This document shows, in pieces, positions 46,589 to 47,795 of a DNA stretch of 47,795 bases (its first letter is position 1; every line of letters begins with the position of its first letter). Made by a program: the position numbers and the translations under genes. This DNA is from a virus (lineage: Duplodnaviria; Caudoviricetes): IMG/VR virus record IMGVR_UViG_3300032893_000082, positions 1-47,795 of that record. One strand, 5' to 3'. Under the pieces are notes generated by a model that was not told where the DNA came from, did not search any database, and saw only the letters and a program-made list of their open reading frames with translations.

Positions 46589-46833
46589 AGCGGCCCTCCT
46601 CCGTTATACTCCTCAATTGGAGCACGACTAGGTGGCTTAGGCTTAGCCGTAGGATCGGCTATCGGCCTTGGGCAACCGTCGTCCCATTTACCACAATCCC
46701 CCGTTATCACCGATGCCTGGGAGTGGCTTACTACGTGACTAGGTAGCCAAAAAGATATGATTATCAGACCGCAGAACAACGCTATGGCTACAGCGCTGGC
46801 TACACCTAACCAAAAATCTACGTTACTACGCAT
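46585..46833 (-). CDS. First early ORF: single-pass membrane protein
   Basis: AGGAGG SD; N-terminal transmembrane helix, C-x6-C, Pro-rich tail. Confidence 0.7.
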   Translation of the reverse strand: MRSNVDFWLGVASAVAIALFCGLIIISFWLPSHVVSHSQASVITGDCGKWDDGCPRPIADPTAKPKPPSRAPIEEYNGGGPL

Positions 46834-46918
46834 ACTAAAACCCTCCTAAGATTAGGAGCGCTTTAGAGCGCTATCTCATTTCAGACTCAGCGGACAAAGG
46901 GCTTTCGCCCTCGGTCCT

Positions 46919-46945
46919 ATTGTTAAATGAGCGGTGCTCAACCGC
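46919..46945 (-). promoter_or_regulatory. boxB-like hairpin plus boxA-like antitermination site
   Basis: - strand GCGGT-TGAGC-ACCGC overlapping GCTCATTTAACAA (rrn boxA consensus GCTCTTTAACAA). Confidence 0.45.
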
Positions 46946-47495
46946 GAACGGCAGAGCGTTACGCTCGACCCCAACAGGCTGGCTGCTGGTACTCTTATCA
47001 GACAACGGCCGTACGTGATAGTTCAATCTTCCCCGCTGTTTTGGATGTCCCAGATATCTATATATCTAGATCTATACGCATCTGGGATATCTAGGTTATG
47101 TAAACTGGATCACTAGGCTAGCACGAAGGCACAACTCACACGCTACTTGAGCGCTTCAGCGAAAATCCCGCGAAGATCATATCGCATAATAGATCTGATA
47201 TATCGCTTGAAAGCGCCTCGCGAAGCCACCGGGGGCCCTCCTAAGAAATTACTAGATGGAGACGTAGCAGATTTTCGAACGGGGGGAGAAAAATAGGAAG
47301 GTGGGTAAATATAGGGTCCTATAAGCCGACGGAGGAGGTACCCTATGGTAGGGTAGAGGGTCTAGCCTCCTATCCCCTGTAATCCCCTTACGGAGGCTCC
47401 TAGAGCCCAAGGGAGGTACGACCGAGAGTAAGGGGATCCGATCCCATCTACCTAGGTATTTACAGACGATATTCAGGATTATTGATAAATATCTC

Positions 47496-47523
47496 TTGAC
47501 AAATTAGAAATCTATGATACCCT
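47496..47523 (+). promoter_or_regulatory. Putative sigma70-type promoter upstream of the AT-rich tract
   Basis: TTGACA-16 bp-TACCCT with extended TG; same CTTGACAAAT start as the promoter at 130. Confidence 0.5.
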
Positions 47524-47704
47524 AAGAATATATATAAATATATAAATATATAAATATATATATAAATTAATATAAATAAATATAAATATATATATAAATA
47601 TATATAAATATATATAAATATATATATAAATATATATAATATTAAGAATATATACAAGAATAAGAATATATAAGAATATATAAGAATTAAGATAAGAATA
47701 TAAG
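47523..47704. repeat. AT-rich low-complexity tandem array (TATAAATA / TAAGAATATA units)
   Basis: ~180 bp of almost only A/T in a genome of roughly balanced composition. Confidence 0.9.
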
Positions 47705-47795
47705 GGGGACCTTGGGGTCCCCTCCCAGAGAACACCTGTACAAAAATTTAAATATGTACTACTCACAAAGTTCTTGACAAATCTCTAAACTTCTG
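47635..47795. repeat. Right copy of terminal direct repeat
   Basis: Matches 1-151 with a 10-nt insertion. Confidence 0.9.

Noticed and set aside
46875-47005. Hammerhead ribozyme (CTGATAAG / GAAA motifs on the - strand)
   Set aside because: The core does not match CUGANGA and I could not build the three stems
47523-47704. Possible CRISPR or mini-array
   Set aside because: Degenerate 8-10 nt tandem units with no unique spacers and no cas genes
47460-47766. Two - strand Ile/Tyr-rich ORFs
   Set aside because: They are translations of the AT-rich low-complexity array
1-47795. Integrase/repressor, phage RNA polymerase, tRNA, reverse transcriptase/DGR, stop-codon recoding
   Set aside because: No such motifs seen; core genes are intact in the standard code

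Overview
This looks like a complete ~47.6 kb lytic podovirus-type phage genome; the two ends share a ~151 bp repeat, and no integrase, repressor, RNA polymerase, tRNA or CRISPR array was seen. The + strand (1-25 kb) carries the late module: small ORFs, a ~8 kb block of Thr/Ser/Gly-rich FN3/Ig-like virion accessory genes, TerS, TerL, portal, scaffold, major capsid, tail tube A/B, tail fibre and three internal virion proteins. The - strand (47-25 kb) carries early small ORFs, a phiEco32/LUZ24-type amidoligase cluster (COOH-NH2 ligase, amidoligase, class II GATase, ATP-grasp) and a T7-like replication module. The most notable observations are: (1) endolysin and holin lie antisense inside an uninterrupted - strand operon, each overprinted by a >300 nt antisense ORF in the same phase, with a + strand terminator just after the holin; (2) four dispersed paralogues of an uncharacterised Cys/Asp/Asn-motif family, three directly downstream of the ligase cluster; (3) a perfect sigma70 promoter firing antisense into the ligase operon from a palindromic, structured intergenic element; (4) a structured early leader with a boxA-like site whose hairpin recurs in the late region. 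All functional calls come from motif recognition by eye; no database searches were run.
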